This document shows, in pieces, positions 25,060 to 33,899 of a stretch of DNA of 64,000 nucleotides. Source of the stretch: Pseudonocardiaceae bacterium (GTDB taxonomy: Bacteria > Actinomycetota > Actinomycetes > Mycobacteriales > Pseudonocardiaceae); NCBI GenBank assembly GCA_051984675.1, contig JBPYFK010000039.1, positions 5,932 through 69,931 of the forward strand, given 5' to 3'. Positions within the stretch are counted from its first letter, which is position 1, and every line of letters begins with the position of its first letter. Position numbers and translations under genes: made by a program. The notes under the pieces were generated by a model, which was not told the DNA's origin, searched no databases, and saw nothing but the letters and a program-made list of their open reading frames with translations.

Positions 25060-26298
25060 TCACGGCCTCCGCCGGGCGAAGCGCGGGGCGTGCTCGGGCC
25101 TGAGCCCGACCCCGATGAGGTACGCGGGCACGAAGGAAGCTGGCGGAAAGCGCCGCATCAGCGCCAGCAACGGCTTCGGCGGACCCGTTCGACGTCCGTC
25201 CACAATGGGCATTGCCAGTGCGCGGTGCAGGACCTGTTGCAGGGACTGGACGACGATGGTCGGCAGCAGCCTGCGGGAACGGACCCGCGCCAACGTCGCG
25301 GCCGTCACCGCCCGCTCCCGCAGCGGTTCGGCGAGCAGGGTCGCTGCGGCCACGGCGTCCTGCACTGCGAGGTTGATACCGACGCCGCCCATCGGTGACA
25401 TCGCGTGCGCCGCGTCCCCGATGCACAGCAGGCCATCGATGTGCCAGCGGTTCAACCGGTTCACCCGCACGTCAAGGTGCTTGACGTCGTCCATCGACTC
25501 CAGAGCGTCGACGCGATCCGCCAGCCACGGGACGACTTCCGCGATGTTCCGTCGGAACGCCTCCAGCCCGCTCGCCCGCAACTCGGGATCGGTTCCCTTC
25601 TTGCCGATGTATCCGATCTGCAGGAAGTCGGTGCGCGGGATGATGATCAGGAACCGGCCGTTGCCGGCGTAGGGCATCAGCGCGGCCGGGTTGTCGTCCG
25701 GCTTGCGGGGCAGCCGGAACCACCAGGCGTCGATCGGCACGGGCAGTTCCTTGGGACGCAGTTCAGCCTGGTGGCGCGCGATGGACCAGCGACCGTCGCA
25801 GGCGACCGTCAGGTCGGCGCGGATCTCGCCGGTCGCTCCGGTCTCCGTGCGGTAACGCACCCCGCGTACCTGGCCCGACTCGCGGATCAGGTCTGTCACC
25901 TCGGTCCGCATGCGCAGAGCGAAGGACGGTTCCTCGCTCGCGGCTTCGGCCAACAGGGTGAGGAAATCCCACTGCGGCACGATCGCGACGTACGGGTACG
26001 GCACCTTCAGTCGTCGCAGGTCACCGATCACCACGCGGCGATGGTCGTCGATCGGGAACGCGATCTCGTGCAGGTGGCTCTGCGGCAGCGCGGCGAACCG
26101 CCGCTGCAAGCCCAGTTCGTCGAGCAACTGGAGAGTCGAGGGATGCACGGTGTCTCCGCGAAAGTCCCGCAGGAAGTCACCGTGCTTCTCCAGCACGGTC
26201 ACCGCGATCCCGGCACGAGCGAGCAACAGCCCCAGCACCATCCCGGCCGGTCCGCCCCCGACCACAACACAGGTCGTGCGTTCCTCCATGGCTACCAT
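25060..26298 (-). CDS. FAD-dependent monooxygenase/oxidoreductase (UbiH/PHBH-fold)
   Basis: Frame of ORF 25060..26790. Start at 26298 or 26289 (MVAMEERTTCVVVGGGPAGMVLGLLLARAGIAVTVLEKH, a GxGxxG dinucleotide fold), with CIGDAAHAMSPMGGVGINLAVQDA downstream. Confidence 0.85.
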   Translation of the reverse strand: MVAMEERTTCVVVGGGPAGMVLGLLLARAGIAVTVLEKHGDFLRDFRGDTVHPSTLQLLDELGLQRRFAALPQSHLHEIAFPIDDHRRVVIGDLRRLKVPYPYVAIVPQWDFLTLLAEAASEEPSFALRMRTEVTDLIRESGQVRGVRYRTETGATGEIRADLTVACDGRWSIARHQAELRPKELPVPIDAWWFRLPRKPDDNPAALMPYAGNGRFLIIIPRTDFLQIGYIGKKGTDPELRASGLEAFRRNIAEVVPWLADRVDALESMDDVKHLDVRVNRLNRWHIDGLLCIGDAAHAMSPMGGVGINLAVQDAVAAATLLAEPLRERAVTAATLARVRSRRLLPTIVVQSLQQVLHRALAMPIVDGRRTGPPKPLLALMRRFPPASFVPAYLIGVGLRPEHAPRFARRRP

Positions 26299-26327
26299 CG
26301 CCACCAATTCATCGGTCGAAGAAATTT

Positions 26328-26348
26328 TGACAGATAGAGTATCTGACA
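26328..26348. promoter_or_regulatory. candidate TetR operator: CAGATA-gag-TATCTG palindrome in an AT-rich divergent promoter
   Basis: TGACAGATAGAGTATCTGACA read at 26328-26348, between the FAD monooxygenase start (26298) and the TetR start (26380). Confidence 0.35.
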
Positions 26349-26379
26349 CCGCTCCAGATGGATAGTAGTATTCGGTTCC

Positions 26380-27183
26380 ATGGGCGTGAAGGTACTTCCG
26401 GCACTCGTCGAGGCCGCCGTCGCTGCCGCCCGCGAGCAGGACTGCGATGTGGCCGAGGTGTCGTTGACCGCGATCGCGGAGAAAGCGGGAATGTCCCGCA
26501 GCACCCTGCTGCGGCGACTCGGCGGCTCCCGCGCGGCGCTCGACGACGCGGTGCGCGCGACGGGCGTCGATCCCGGCGGCAGGCCGCCGGTACGGGAGCG
26601 GGCGATCGACGCCGCTGCCTGGCTGATCAGCGAGCACGGGCTCGGCGCGGTCACGCTGGAAGCGGTGGCCGAGGCAGCCGAGTGCTCGCTGCCCAGCCTG
26701 CACGCGGTCTTCGACGGCCGGGACGGCCTGCTCACCGCCATCTTCGACCGCTACAGCCCGGTGCTGGACCTGGAACGGCTGGCAGCGCACCCGCCGGAGC
26801 GGGTCGAGGACACCGTCCGGGGCATCTACCGTGCCATGGTCGCGGCATTCGCCCGCGAACCACGGGTCCTGCCGGCGGTGTTCGCCGACCTGTTCAGCCG
26901 CCCGACCGGCCCGGCCAGCCGGATCTTCACGCAGAACTTCCCCCGCCTGCTCGGCGGGGCGGAGGCCCTGCTGATGCCGCAGGTGCGCGCCGGGCGGCTG
27001 CGTGCCCTGCCGCTACCGCTGCTCGTCCAGCTCATGATCGGTCCGCTGGCCACGCACATGCTCCTGCGGCCGATCCTCGAATCCGCGCTGGGCGCGGACG
27101 GCCTGCCCAGCGTGGACGAGACCTGCGAGACGTTCGCGGACGCCTTCCTCCGAGCTGTCCGTGTCGTGCCGGAAGAGAGGTGA
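26380..27183 (+). CDS. TetR family transcriptional regulator
   Basis: ORF track 267 aa. HTH is VSLTAIAEKAGMSRSTLLRRLGG. Divergent from the FAD monooxygenase. Confidence 0.85.
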   Translation: MGVKVLPALVEAAVAAAREQDCDVAEVSLTAIAEKAGMSRSTLLRRLGGSRAALDDAVRATGVDPGGRPPVRERAIDAAAWLISEHGLGAVTLEAVAEAAECSLPSLHAVFDGRDGLLTAIFDRYSPVLDLERLAAHPPERVEDTVRGIYRAMVAAFAREPRVLPAVFADLFSRPTGPASRIFTQNFPRLLGGAEALLMPQVRAGRLRALPLPLLVQLMIGPLATHMLLRPILESALGADGLPSVDETCETFADAFLRAVRVVPEER

Positions 27184-27188
27184 GGGAC

Positions 27189-27689
27189 ATGCGGAAACGC
27201 ACTGCCGCCCTCGGGAGCGCGGTGTTCTTCCTAGTCGGACCGGGCTGCGTCGTCGGCCTGGTTCCCTGGCTGCTGACCGGTTGGCGGCTGGCGAACCCGC
27301 TCCCCCACTGGATGCCGTTCCGTCTGGTCGGCGTGCTGCTCATCCTGGCCGGGGTAAGCGTCTTGATCCAAGCGTTCGTGCGGTTCGTCGTGGAAGGCTT
27401 CGGAACCCCGGTCCCAGTCGCCGCACCCGAGCATCTCGTCGTGGGTGGCCTTTACCGGCATGTCCGCAATCCCATGTATGTGGCGCTGCTGGCGATCGTC
27501 GTCGGGCAGGCTCTGCTGTTCGGGCAGCTCGGTCCGGCGGTCTACGCCGCCGTCCTCTGGGGCGTTGCCGCGGCGTTCGTGCGTTGGCGCGAAGAGCCCG
27601 TCCTCGCTCGCCGATTCGGCGCCGAATACGACGCCTACCGGCTCGCTGTGCCCGCCTGGTGGCCGCGGTTGCGGCCCTGGCAGCCGTGA
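27189..27689 (+). CDS. isoprenylcysteine carboxyl methyltransferase (ICMT/PEMT-like) family membrane methyltransferase
   Basis: Frame of ORF 26358..27689. ATG at 27189 lies 6 bp after the TetR stop. TM helices and GGLYRHVRNPMYVALLAIVVG...EEPVLARRFGAEYDAYR, characteristic of the family. Confidence 0.75.
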   Translation: MRKRTAALGSAVFFLVGPGCVVGLVPWLLTGWRLANPLPHWMPFRLVGVLLILAGVSVLIQAFVRFVVEGFGTPVPVAAPEHLVVGGLYRHVRNPMYVALLAIVVGQALLFGQLGPAVYAAVLWGVAAAFVRWREEPVLARRFGAEYDAYRLAVPAWWPRLRPWQP

Positions 27690-27788
27690 GCCTGGCAGGT
27701 TCGCGGCGTGCCGGCCGCGATGGCGGTGAGTAGCGTGGACTCTAGTGGGGGTTCCTCTCGCCGGAGATCTCCGCCGATTGGAGTTTCG

Positions 27789-28553
27789 ATGGACGCGCAC
27801 GCGCAGATCATCGCCGATCCCAGGTACGCGACGGCGCACTTCATCGCGCCGAACACCCGGGGATACATCCACTTGGGCGCGGAGGTGAATGCCCCCGCCC
27901 GCCCCGGGCCGATCCTCCGGCGTGGCCCGGAGAAGACCGGCCTGGAAGCCCGGCTCAAGGGACTGGGCCGGCAGCTCGAACAGACTCTCGACGTCCAGAA
28001 GGTGACGGTCTACGACGCCGTCGTCATCCCCCCGCTGGAACGGCTCCCGGTGGTCAAGGAACAGGCGAGCACGATCGAGATCCCCCGGTTCGACGTCGTG
28101 GTCCTCGTCGAGACCACTTCCCCGGACGCTATCGCCGGGGTGCGGGCCCTGCCGGAGTACCAAGTGCTGGAGGACACGCTCCGCATCGCGTCCAACCGAA
28201 CGCTGGTCACGACCGCTCGCAACGCCAAGCGCATCGCTGAGGTGGACAGGACGCGAAAGGGCACGTTCCTGTTCAACTATTTCGTCGCGGATGACGCGGA
28301 GGTCGTGCTCGATCTGTTCGACTACCTGGCGGGCTGGTACGAGACCGAGATGCGACTGGACAACTCGACCCTGCTGGTGCCGCTGGACGGGGAGAAAGCG
28401 GACTACGCGGCCATCAACCACGCGCGCCTGCCCATGAGCCCGCCGCGGTTCGCCCTGCGCCAGTTCTCGAAGAAGAGCTTCCGAAACTACATCCTGGCCA
28501 ATCTCCGGGCCAACCGGGTCGGGGCAATGCCGGTGCTGTACCGCCTCGCGTGA
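27789..28553 (+). CDS. conserved-looking hypothetical protein, family not recognised
   Basis: ORF track 27708..28553 with an in-frame ATG at 27789 (MDAHAQII). Two similar beta-alpha segments (RFDVVVLVETTSPDAIAG and TFLFNYFVADDAEVVLDLFDYLAGWYE) hint at a duplicated ferredoxin-like fold; that is inference only. Confidence 0.5.
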   Translation: MDAHAQIIADPRYATAHFIAPNTRGYIHLGAEVNAPARPGPILRRGPEKTGLEARLKGLGRQLEQTLDVQKVTVYDAVVIPPLERLPVVKEQASTIEIPRFDVVVLVETTSPDAIAGVRALPEYQVLEDTLRIASNRTLVTTARNAKRIAEVDRTRKGTFLFNYFVADDAEVVLDLFDYLAGWYETEMRLDNSTLLVPLDGEKADYAAINHARLPMSPPRFALRQFSKKSFRNYILANLRANRVGAMPVLYRLA

Positions 28554-28696
28554 ACCCGGTTGGATGGGGGCGATGACGAACACGCCCGCCGACATCGCGC
28601 ACGTCACCTCCGGCGCTCGCCAGCAACGGACTGTCCTCAGTAGACTTCGTCGCCCGGGTCGCATGCATCGGAAACCTCGACAAGGACCGCTGGTGA

Positions 28697-28852
28697 CCGC
28701 CGGTGGAGCAGGTCGCGCCCAGGATGATCGCGAGCGGAGCCATCAACGAGCGCGACCTCGACGAGTTCCGTGCGCTGTTGGACACTCCCGAGTTCGTCGA
28801 CCTGCCACAGTTCGCCCTGGCGGCCTGGGGTCAGCGCCCTTCGCCTCGATAG
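28697..28852 (+). pseudogene. possible 3' remnant of a class I SAM-dependent methyltransferase gene
   Basis: My translation of the open frame between TGA 28694 and TAG 28850 gives ...VAPRMIASGAINERDLDEFRALLDTPEFVDLPQFALAAWGQRPSPR. It resembles methyltransferase C-termini that end in ...AAWGRRP. No upstream body is present. Confidence 0.3.
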
Positions 28853-28857
28853 CTCGA

Positions 28858-29478
28858 CTATTCGAAACGCACCGTGTCACCCGCGCCTTGACGGATCACC
28901 TCCGGCTCACCGCCAGAGTAGTCGATCACCGTGGTCGGCACGGTGCCACAGTCACCGGAGTCAATGACGGCATCCACCGCATGATCGAGCTGTTCTTTGA
29001 TCTCCCATCCCTGTGTTAACGGTTCGTCGAGGCCTGGCAACAGCAAGGTGGTCGACAGCAGGGGTTCGCCGAGTTCCTCCAGCAAGGCTTGGGTGACGAC
29101 GTGTTCGGGAATCCGGGCGCCGACGGTCTTCTTCTTCGGATGCATCAACCTGCGCGGTACCTCCTTGGTCGCGGGCAGGATGAACGTATAGCTGCCGGGC
29201 GTGGAGGCTTTGATCGCGCGAAAGACCGCGTTGTCCACGTGCACGAACTGGCCGAGTTGCGCGAAGTCCCGGCACATCAACGTGAAGTGGTGGCGGTCGC
29301 CGAGGCGACGGATCTCCCTGATCCGATCGAGTCCCTCCTTGTTGCCCAGTTGGCACCCCAGCGCATAGCAGGAGTCCGTCGGATAGGCGATCAGCCCGCC
29401 CGAGCGCAGCAGATCCACGACCTTGTCGATCGACCGCCGCTGTGGATTCACCGGATGTACGTCGAAATACGTCGCCAT
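28858..29478 (-). CDS. L-threonylcarbamoyladenylate synthase (YrdC/Sua5 domain, TsaC-type)
   Basis: ORF track 206 aa. Contains GGLIAYPTDSCYALGC and KKTVGARIPEHVVTQALLEELGEPLLSTT, typical of YrdC-domain proteins. Confidence 0.85.
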   Translation of the reverse strand: MATYFDVHPVNPQRRSIDKVVDLLRSGGLIAYPTDSCYALGCQLGNKEGLDRIREIRRLGDRHHFTLMCRDFAQLGQFVHVDNAVFRAIKASTPGSYTFILPATKEVPRRLMHPKKKTVGARIPEHVVTQALLEELGEPLLSTTLLLPGLDEPLTQGWEIKEQLDHAVDAVIDSGDCGTVPTTVIDYSGGEPEVIRQGAGDTVRFE

Positions 29479-29534
29479 GAACTGAGGGTAAACGTGCCCC
29501 GGGGCTCGTGTCCCCTCTGTGCGGCCCGCGACTC

Positions 29535-30167
29535 TCAGTGGTCACGCTGAGGCCGGTGGCGTTGCACCGCCGTTGCACTCTCGGCGTCACCGCGAGCTTC
29601 CAGCCCGGTGATGACGCCGTTGATGTCGGCCTCCGAGCGGTTCTGGCTGAGCTTGAACTTGGCTTCGATGCGGCTGATGGTCAGTTCGACGCCGACGATC
29701 GCGCGCAACTGCCCGGTGATGAACTCCGCTGGGGCGTCATCGACCGACCACGGCTCGCCGAAGCTCGACTCGTGACGCTCGGTCAGCCGCCGTACCTGGC
29801 GCTCGACCCACGCCGGGTCATCGTGCACGGTCATCTCGCCGTAGACGTGCGCGGTGATGTAGTTCCAGGTCGGCACGACCCGACCGTGCTCGGCCTTCGT
29901 GGCGTACCAGGACGGCGTGATGTACGCGTCCGGGCCGCGAACGATGGCCAACGCCTCACCGACCACCGGTTGACGCCATTGATCATTGGGACGCGCCAGG
30001 TGCGCGAGCAGTGCGCCGCGCTCCCCTGCTTCGGGGTCGTAGAGGAAGGGCACGGTGGTCGCGAGGAGCCCTTCCGGTGTGGCGGTGACCAGGTCGGCTG
30101 CACCCTGGTTGACCAGGAGTTCCCGCACGGCAGCGGCATCGGCGGAGAAATGCGACGGAATGTACAT
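29535..30167 (-). CDS. FMN-binding negative transcriptional regulator (PaiB family)
   Basis: ORF track 29535..30212 with ATG at 30167 giving the family N-terminus MYIPSHFS. Also contains VPTWNYITAHVYG and IEAKFKLSQNRS. Confidence 0.8.
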   Translation of the reverse strand: MYIPSHFSADAAAVRELLVNQGAADLVTATPEGLLATTVPFLYDPEAGERGALLAHLARPNDQWRQPVVGEALAIVRGPDAYITPSWYATKAEHGRVVPTWNYITAHVYGEMTVHDDPAWVERQVRRLTERHESSFGEPWSVDDAPAEFITGQLRAIVGVELTISRIEAKFKLSQNRSEADINGVITGLEARGDAESATAVQRHRPQRDH

Positions 30168-30224
30168 CGCCTGCCGAGTATGGTCGGGCGAGCGGCACTG
30201 CAAGACGGCCACCGCGCGGGTAAA

Positions 30225-31049
30225 TCAGAAGTCCATTTGGTCTGAGCCGGGCCTGGTTCCCACCACCACCGTCGCGCTCAGCTCGTCGGAGCGGGTCACC
30301 CTGGCCAGCAGACCGTCGCGGCTGACCAGGTCGGCGGCGTCCGGCGCTTGACGCTCGCTCGTCTCCACCAGCAGGTGGCCGCCCGGACGCAGCCATTGGG
30401 GCGCTTCGGCGGTCACTCGGCGTAGGACGTCGAGCCCGTCCGCGCCACCGTCGAGGGCTACCCGCGGCTCGTGCACGCGGGCCTCCGGTGGCATCAGCCC
30501 GAGGGCCTCGCTCGGTACGTACGGAGCGTTGACGACCAGGAGGTCGACCCGGCCGCGCAGCCCGGCGGGCAGCGGCTCGTAGAGGTCTCCGCAGTACACC
30601 TGACCGCCGGCACCGGCGACGTTGCGGCGAGCACACCGCACAGCCGCGCGATCGATGTCGGTGGCATACAACTCGACCCCGCCCAGGGCCGCGACCAGCG
30701 CGGCCCCGACCGCGCCCGAACCGCAGCACAGGTCAACAACGACAGGGTGCGGCGGGGCGAGGTAGGAAGCCTCGTGGACGAGGAACTCGGTGCGGCGGCG
30801 AGGAACGAACACGCCTTGGTCCACGGCGACCCGCAGGCCGCAGAACTCCGCCCAGCCGAGGACGTGCTCCAGGGGGACGCCGGCGACTCGCCGGTTCACC
30901 ATGGTGGCGAGGTCGTCCGTCGTCCGCGCGCCGAAGACGAGCAACCGCGCCTCATCCTCGGCGAAGACGCAGCCCGCCGCATGCAGCCTGGCAGCGACGT
31001 CGGAATGGGAGTCAGGTGCCGGAAACAACGGTGACGAGGTATGGGACAT
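30225..31049 (-). CDS. putative protein N5-glutamine methyltransferase (PrmC/HemK-related)
   Basis: ORF track 274 aa. Contains LHAAGCVFAEDEARLL, the SAM motif VVDLCCGSGAVG and the catalytic VVNAPYVP (NPPY variant). Confidence 0.75.
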   Translation of the reverse strand: MSHTSSPLFPAPDSHSDVAARLHAAGCVFAEDEARLLVFGARTTDDLATMVNRRVAGVPLEHVLGWAEFCGLRVAVDQGVFVPRRRTEFLVHEASYLAPPHPVVVDLCCGSGAVGAALVAALGGVELYATDIDRAAVRCARRNVAGAGGQVYCGDLYEPLPAGLRGRVDLLVVNAPYVPSEALGLMPPEARVHEPRVALDGGADGLDVLRRVTAEAPQWLRPGGHLLVETSERQAPDAADLVSRDGLLARVTRSDELSATVVVGTRPGSDQMDF

Positions 31050-31207
31050 AACAGCGCCTTTCGGAATGCCGATGGGCGCTCTGTGTCACCTCTGCGTGGC
31101 CGAGCCCTTCGGGCCATGCGGTGAGAGCACCCTGCCTGACATGGCGGAAATGGTTCTCACCTCCCTCGATCACGTCCAACGGCGGCACAGACGCTACCTG
31201 ATCCGCG

Positions 31208-31894
31208 TCAGGCGACTGTGAAGCCACCGTCGACCGGCAGGATGGTTCCGGTGACGTAGGTCGCGCCGACGAGGTACCGCACCGCCTCCGCGACGTCACC
31301 AGGCTGGCCGATCCGCTTGGCCGGTACGGACTCCGCAACCGCCGCGAACTGGGCTTGCTTCTGTTCCTCCGGCAGGAACGACCACCACGGCGTGTCGACG
31401 GCACCCGGCGACACGGCGTTGACCCGGACCGGAGCGAACTCCGCGGCCAGCGGCGACACGATGCGTTCGATCGCCCCGTTGACCGCGGCCAGTGCCGCTG
31501 CTCCTGCCAGCGCCGCTCGCGCGGTGGCGGCCGAGATCATCGTGATCGAGCCGGTCACCTGGGCGTGCTGGAGGGCGAGCAGGTAGCCGAAGAGCTTCCC
31601 GTCGAAGGCCGTTCTGAAGTCCGCGAGGCTGGTCTCGCGCAGCGGTCCCATGCCGACCGCGCCGGGACTGAACGCCAGAACCAGGTGGTCGAACTCCCCG
31701 ACGCCGTCGAAGAAGGCCCGCACCTCGCTCTCGGAGGTGCCCTCGACCTGCTCGGCAGCCTTCACCCGCTCCGCGACGGCGACCAGCCGGTCCGGGCTAC
31801 GACCGGTGACGGTGACCTCGGCTCCGTCGGCGGTCAACCGGTCGGCTACCGCCAGGCCGATTCCCGAGGTGCCACCCATGATCACAACGCGCAT
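31208..31894 (-). CDS. SDR family oxidoreductase
   Basis: ORF track 228 aa. Starts MRVVIMGGTSGIGLAVA (TGxxxGxG) and continues as a short-chain dehydrogenase core. Confidence 0.9.
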   Translation of the reverse strand: MRVVIMGGTSGIGLAVADRLTADGAEVTVTGRSPDRLVAVAERVKAAEQVEGTSESEVRAFFDGVGEFDHLVLAFSPGAVGMGPLRETSLADFRTAFDGKLFGYLLALQHAQVTGSITMISAATARAALAGAAALAAVNGAIERIVSPLAAEFAPVRVNAVSPGAVDTPWWSFLPEEQKQAQFAAVAESVPAKRIGQPGDVAEAVRYLVGATYVTGTILPVDGGFTVA

Positions 31895-31918
31895 ACCGCG
31901 CCTCCCTTTCCAATACGT

Positions 31919-31951
31919 GACGTCTCGATATTATTGCGAGACGCGACGTCT
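31919..31951. promoter_or_regulatory. candidate TetR operator: CGTCTCG-atattattg-CGAGACG inverted repeat flanked by GACGTCT direct repeats
   Basis: Perfect 7-bp arms at 31921-31927 and 31937-31943. GACGTCT occurs at 31919-31925 and 31945-31951. It lies between the divergent SDR (31894) and TetR (31967) starts. Confidence 0.4.
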
Positions 31952-31966
31952 TGTAAAGTGGTCGCC

Positions 31967-32539
31967 ATGACAGCTGATCGCCGGCCTGGGCGACCGCGCA
32001 GCGAGACGGCCCGGCGGGCGATTCTCACCGCGGCCCTGGATGAGCTGCGGGAGCAGGGTTATGCCGCCCTGACCATCGAGGGGATCGCCGCACGGGCGGG
32101 CGCGGGCAAGCAGACGATCTACCGGTGGTGGCCGTCCAAGGCCGACGTCGTGCTCGACGCGCTACTCGACATGGCGGCGACCAAGATCACGGTCCCGGAC
32201 AAGGGCTCGCTGCACGCGGACCTGACGGCTTTCCTGACCGCCACGTTCCGGCAGCGCGGCCAGCGCCCCATCCTGGTCGGCTTGATGGCTCAGGCACTGC
32301 TCGACCCGGTCTTCGCGACCGCGTTCCGCGAGCGGTTCCTGTTCAGCCGCCGCGCCACCCTGCGCGGCATCCTCGAACGCGCGGTGGCGCGAGGTGAGAT
32401 CAACGCGGACACCGACCTGGAGATGCTCGTCGACGTCGTCTACGGCGTGCTGTGGTACCGGCTGCTGCTCAACCACGCGCCGCTGAGCGAGAAAGCCGGC
32501 AAGGACCTCGCCTCGTTGATCGTGCGCGCGGTTCGGTAA
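31967..32539 (+). CDS. TetR/AcrR family transcriptional regulator
   Basis: Frame of ORF 31355..32539 with ATG at 31967. Contains RPRSETARRAILTAALDELREQGYAALTIEGIAARAGAGKQTIYRWWPSKADV. Confidence 0.9.
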   Translation: MTADRRPGRPRSETARRAILTAALDELREQGYAALTIEGIAARAGAGKQTIYRWWPSKADVVLDALLDMAATKITVPDKGSLHADLTAFLTATFRQRGQRPILVGLMAQALLDPVFATAFRERFLFSRRATLRGILERAVARGEINADTDLEMLVDVVYGVLWYRLLLNHAPLSEKAGKDLASLIVRAVR

Positions 32540-32571
32540 TCGTGGTTCCCCGAGATACGGGCACCCGAGAC

Positions 32572-32616
32572 CAGGTCAATGGCCACGGTCTCCCCCGGTT
32601 CCGGGCCATTGACCTG
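32572..32616. terminator. perfect 13-bp stem / 19-nt loop hairpin downstream of TetR
   Basis: CAGGTCAATGGCC (32572-32584) pairs with GGCCATTGACCTG (32604-32616). It starts 33 nt after the TetR stop. There is no U-tract. Confidence 0.5.
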
Positions 32617-32721
32617 ACCCCCAGCCAAGCCCCGGCTGACACGCGATGACTCTGCCCGATCACCACCCGGATGGGAACCCGTCAGACGATCACAATAGCT
32701 TCCTGATCGATAACTTTACGT

Positions 32722-32759
32722 TTATGACGGGGCGCTCATGACGGCGGCGCTTATGACGG
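32722..32759. repeat. three direct copies of TYATGACGG spaced 14-15 bp
   Basis: TTATGACGG at 32722, TCATGACGG at 32736 and TTATGACGG at 32751. They are preceded by an AT-rich patch (cacaatagcttcctgatcgataactttacgttt). The third copy overlaps the LysR stop codon. Confidence 0.85.
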
Positions 32760-33712
32760 GCTGCTCTCGTCTCGGACCGTGCGAGCGACATCGCGTATGG
32801 CAGCGACAGCGGGACGGGTGCGGTTCTTCGGGAGCCAGGCGAGCGCTGCCGTGCTCGGGGGCAGATCGGACACGTCCACGTATCGAACGCCAGGGCGCGG
32901 GAACATGCGCCGAGCAGCATCGGGAAGAAACATCATCGCCTCCCCGTTGGACACCGCGAGAAGAAGTCCCTCCAAGTCGCCGACCACTGGGCCGGGCCGG
33001 ACGAGCGTGCCGTCTGGACGGGGGTTGACCGCCCAGAAGTCCCACCATGCGCGGGGTACGGCCGGGGGCACGTCCACCACCGGATAACCAGCCAGGTCGG
33101 CGAGCGTGATCTCGTACTGGGTGGCCAGTGGATCGTCCGCCGGCAGGCACGCCACTCGCGGTTCGGTGGCGAGGTGCAGGGTCTGGATGCCCGGCGGCAC
33201 CGGGGGCGCAGGAAGACCACATCGGTTTCCCCGCGCGTGAGAGTGTCGAATTGCCCGGCCATGTTGACATTGCGGATCTCAGTGGAGATCGGGGGATACT
33301 TCCGACGGAGTTCCGCCAGGATGGCCTGTGTGTAGGGCATCGCGGCCTCCGCTCCGATCTGGCCGATCACCAGATGCCCGGAAACCTCGCGAGCGCGCAG
33401 GCGGGCCTGGGAACGCAACCGCGACACCGCGGCGACGGCCTCCCGCGCGTCGGGAAGCAACGACCGGCCAGCGTCGGTGAGCATGACCCGTCGACTGGTG
33501 CGATCGATCAAGGGGACACCGAGGCGATCCTCCAAAGCCCGGATCTGCCGGCTCAGCGCGGGCTGCGTCATGAACAGGCGACTCGCTGCCCTGCCGAAGT
33601 GGAGTTCCTCGGCCAGCACTAGGTACAGCCGTAGCTGATGGATGCTCGGTTCGCGTCCTAGCCCGGTCGTGTGCAGCGAGTCATCCGCCCCCTCCCTGTC
33701 AGCCATACGCAT
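32751..33712 (-). pseudogene. LysR family transcriptional regulator with a -1 frameshift in a C5 run (G5 on the plus strand)
   Basis: ORF 32933..33712 carries the HTH (LRLYLVLAEELHFGRAASRLFMTQPALSRQIRALE) and reads correctly to DVVFLRP. The substrate-binding half continues as PVPPGIQTLHLATEPRV... in ORF 32751..33200. One extra C at 33202-33206 would restore a single frame. Confidence 0.75.
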
Positions 33713-33899
33713 GAGGATATCGATCGTGCCTCGGCACGCTGCGCAACCGCATCCGCCACCGGTGCTGGATGCGCGATGCCCGCTGCCCTGTGTATAGGGT
33801 TGCCGTGATCGTCCCAGCGGCCTGCTCGTGTCGGGTCTGTCGACGCCCGTTCGAGGAGCGACACTGGTCTCAGGGATACATGACTGATGGGGGTGATGC

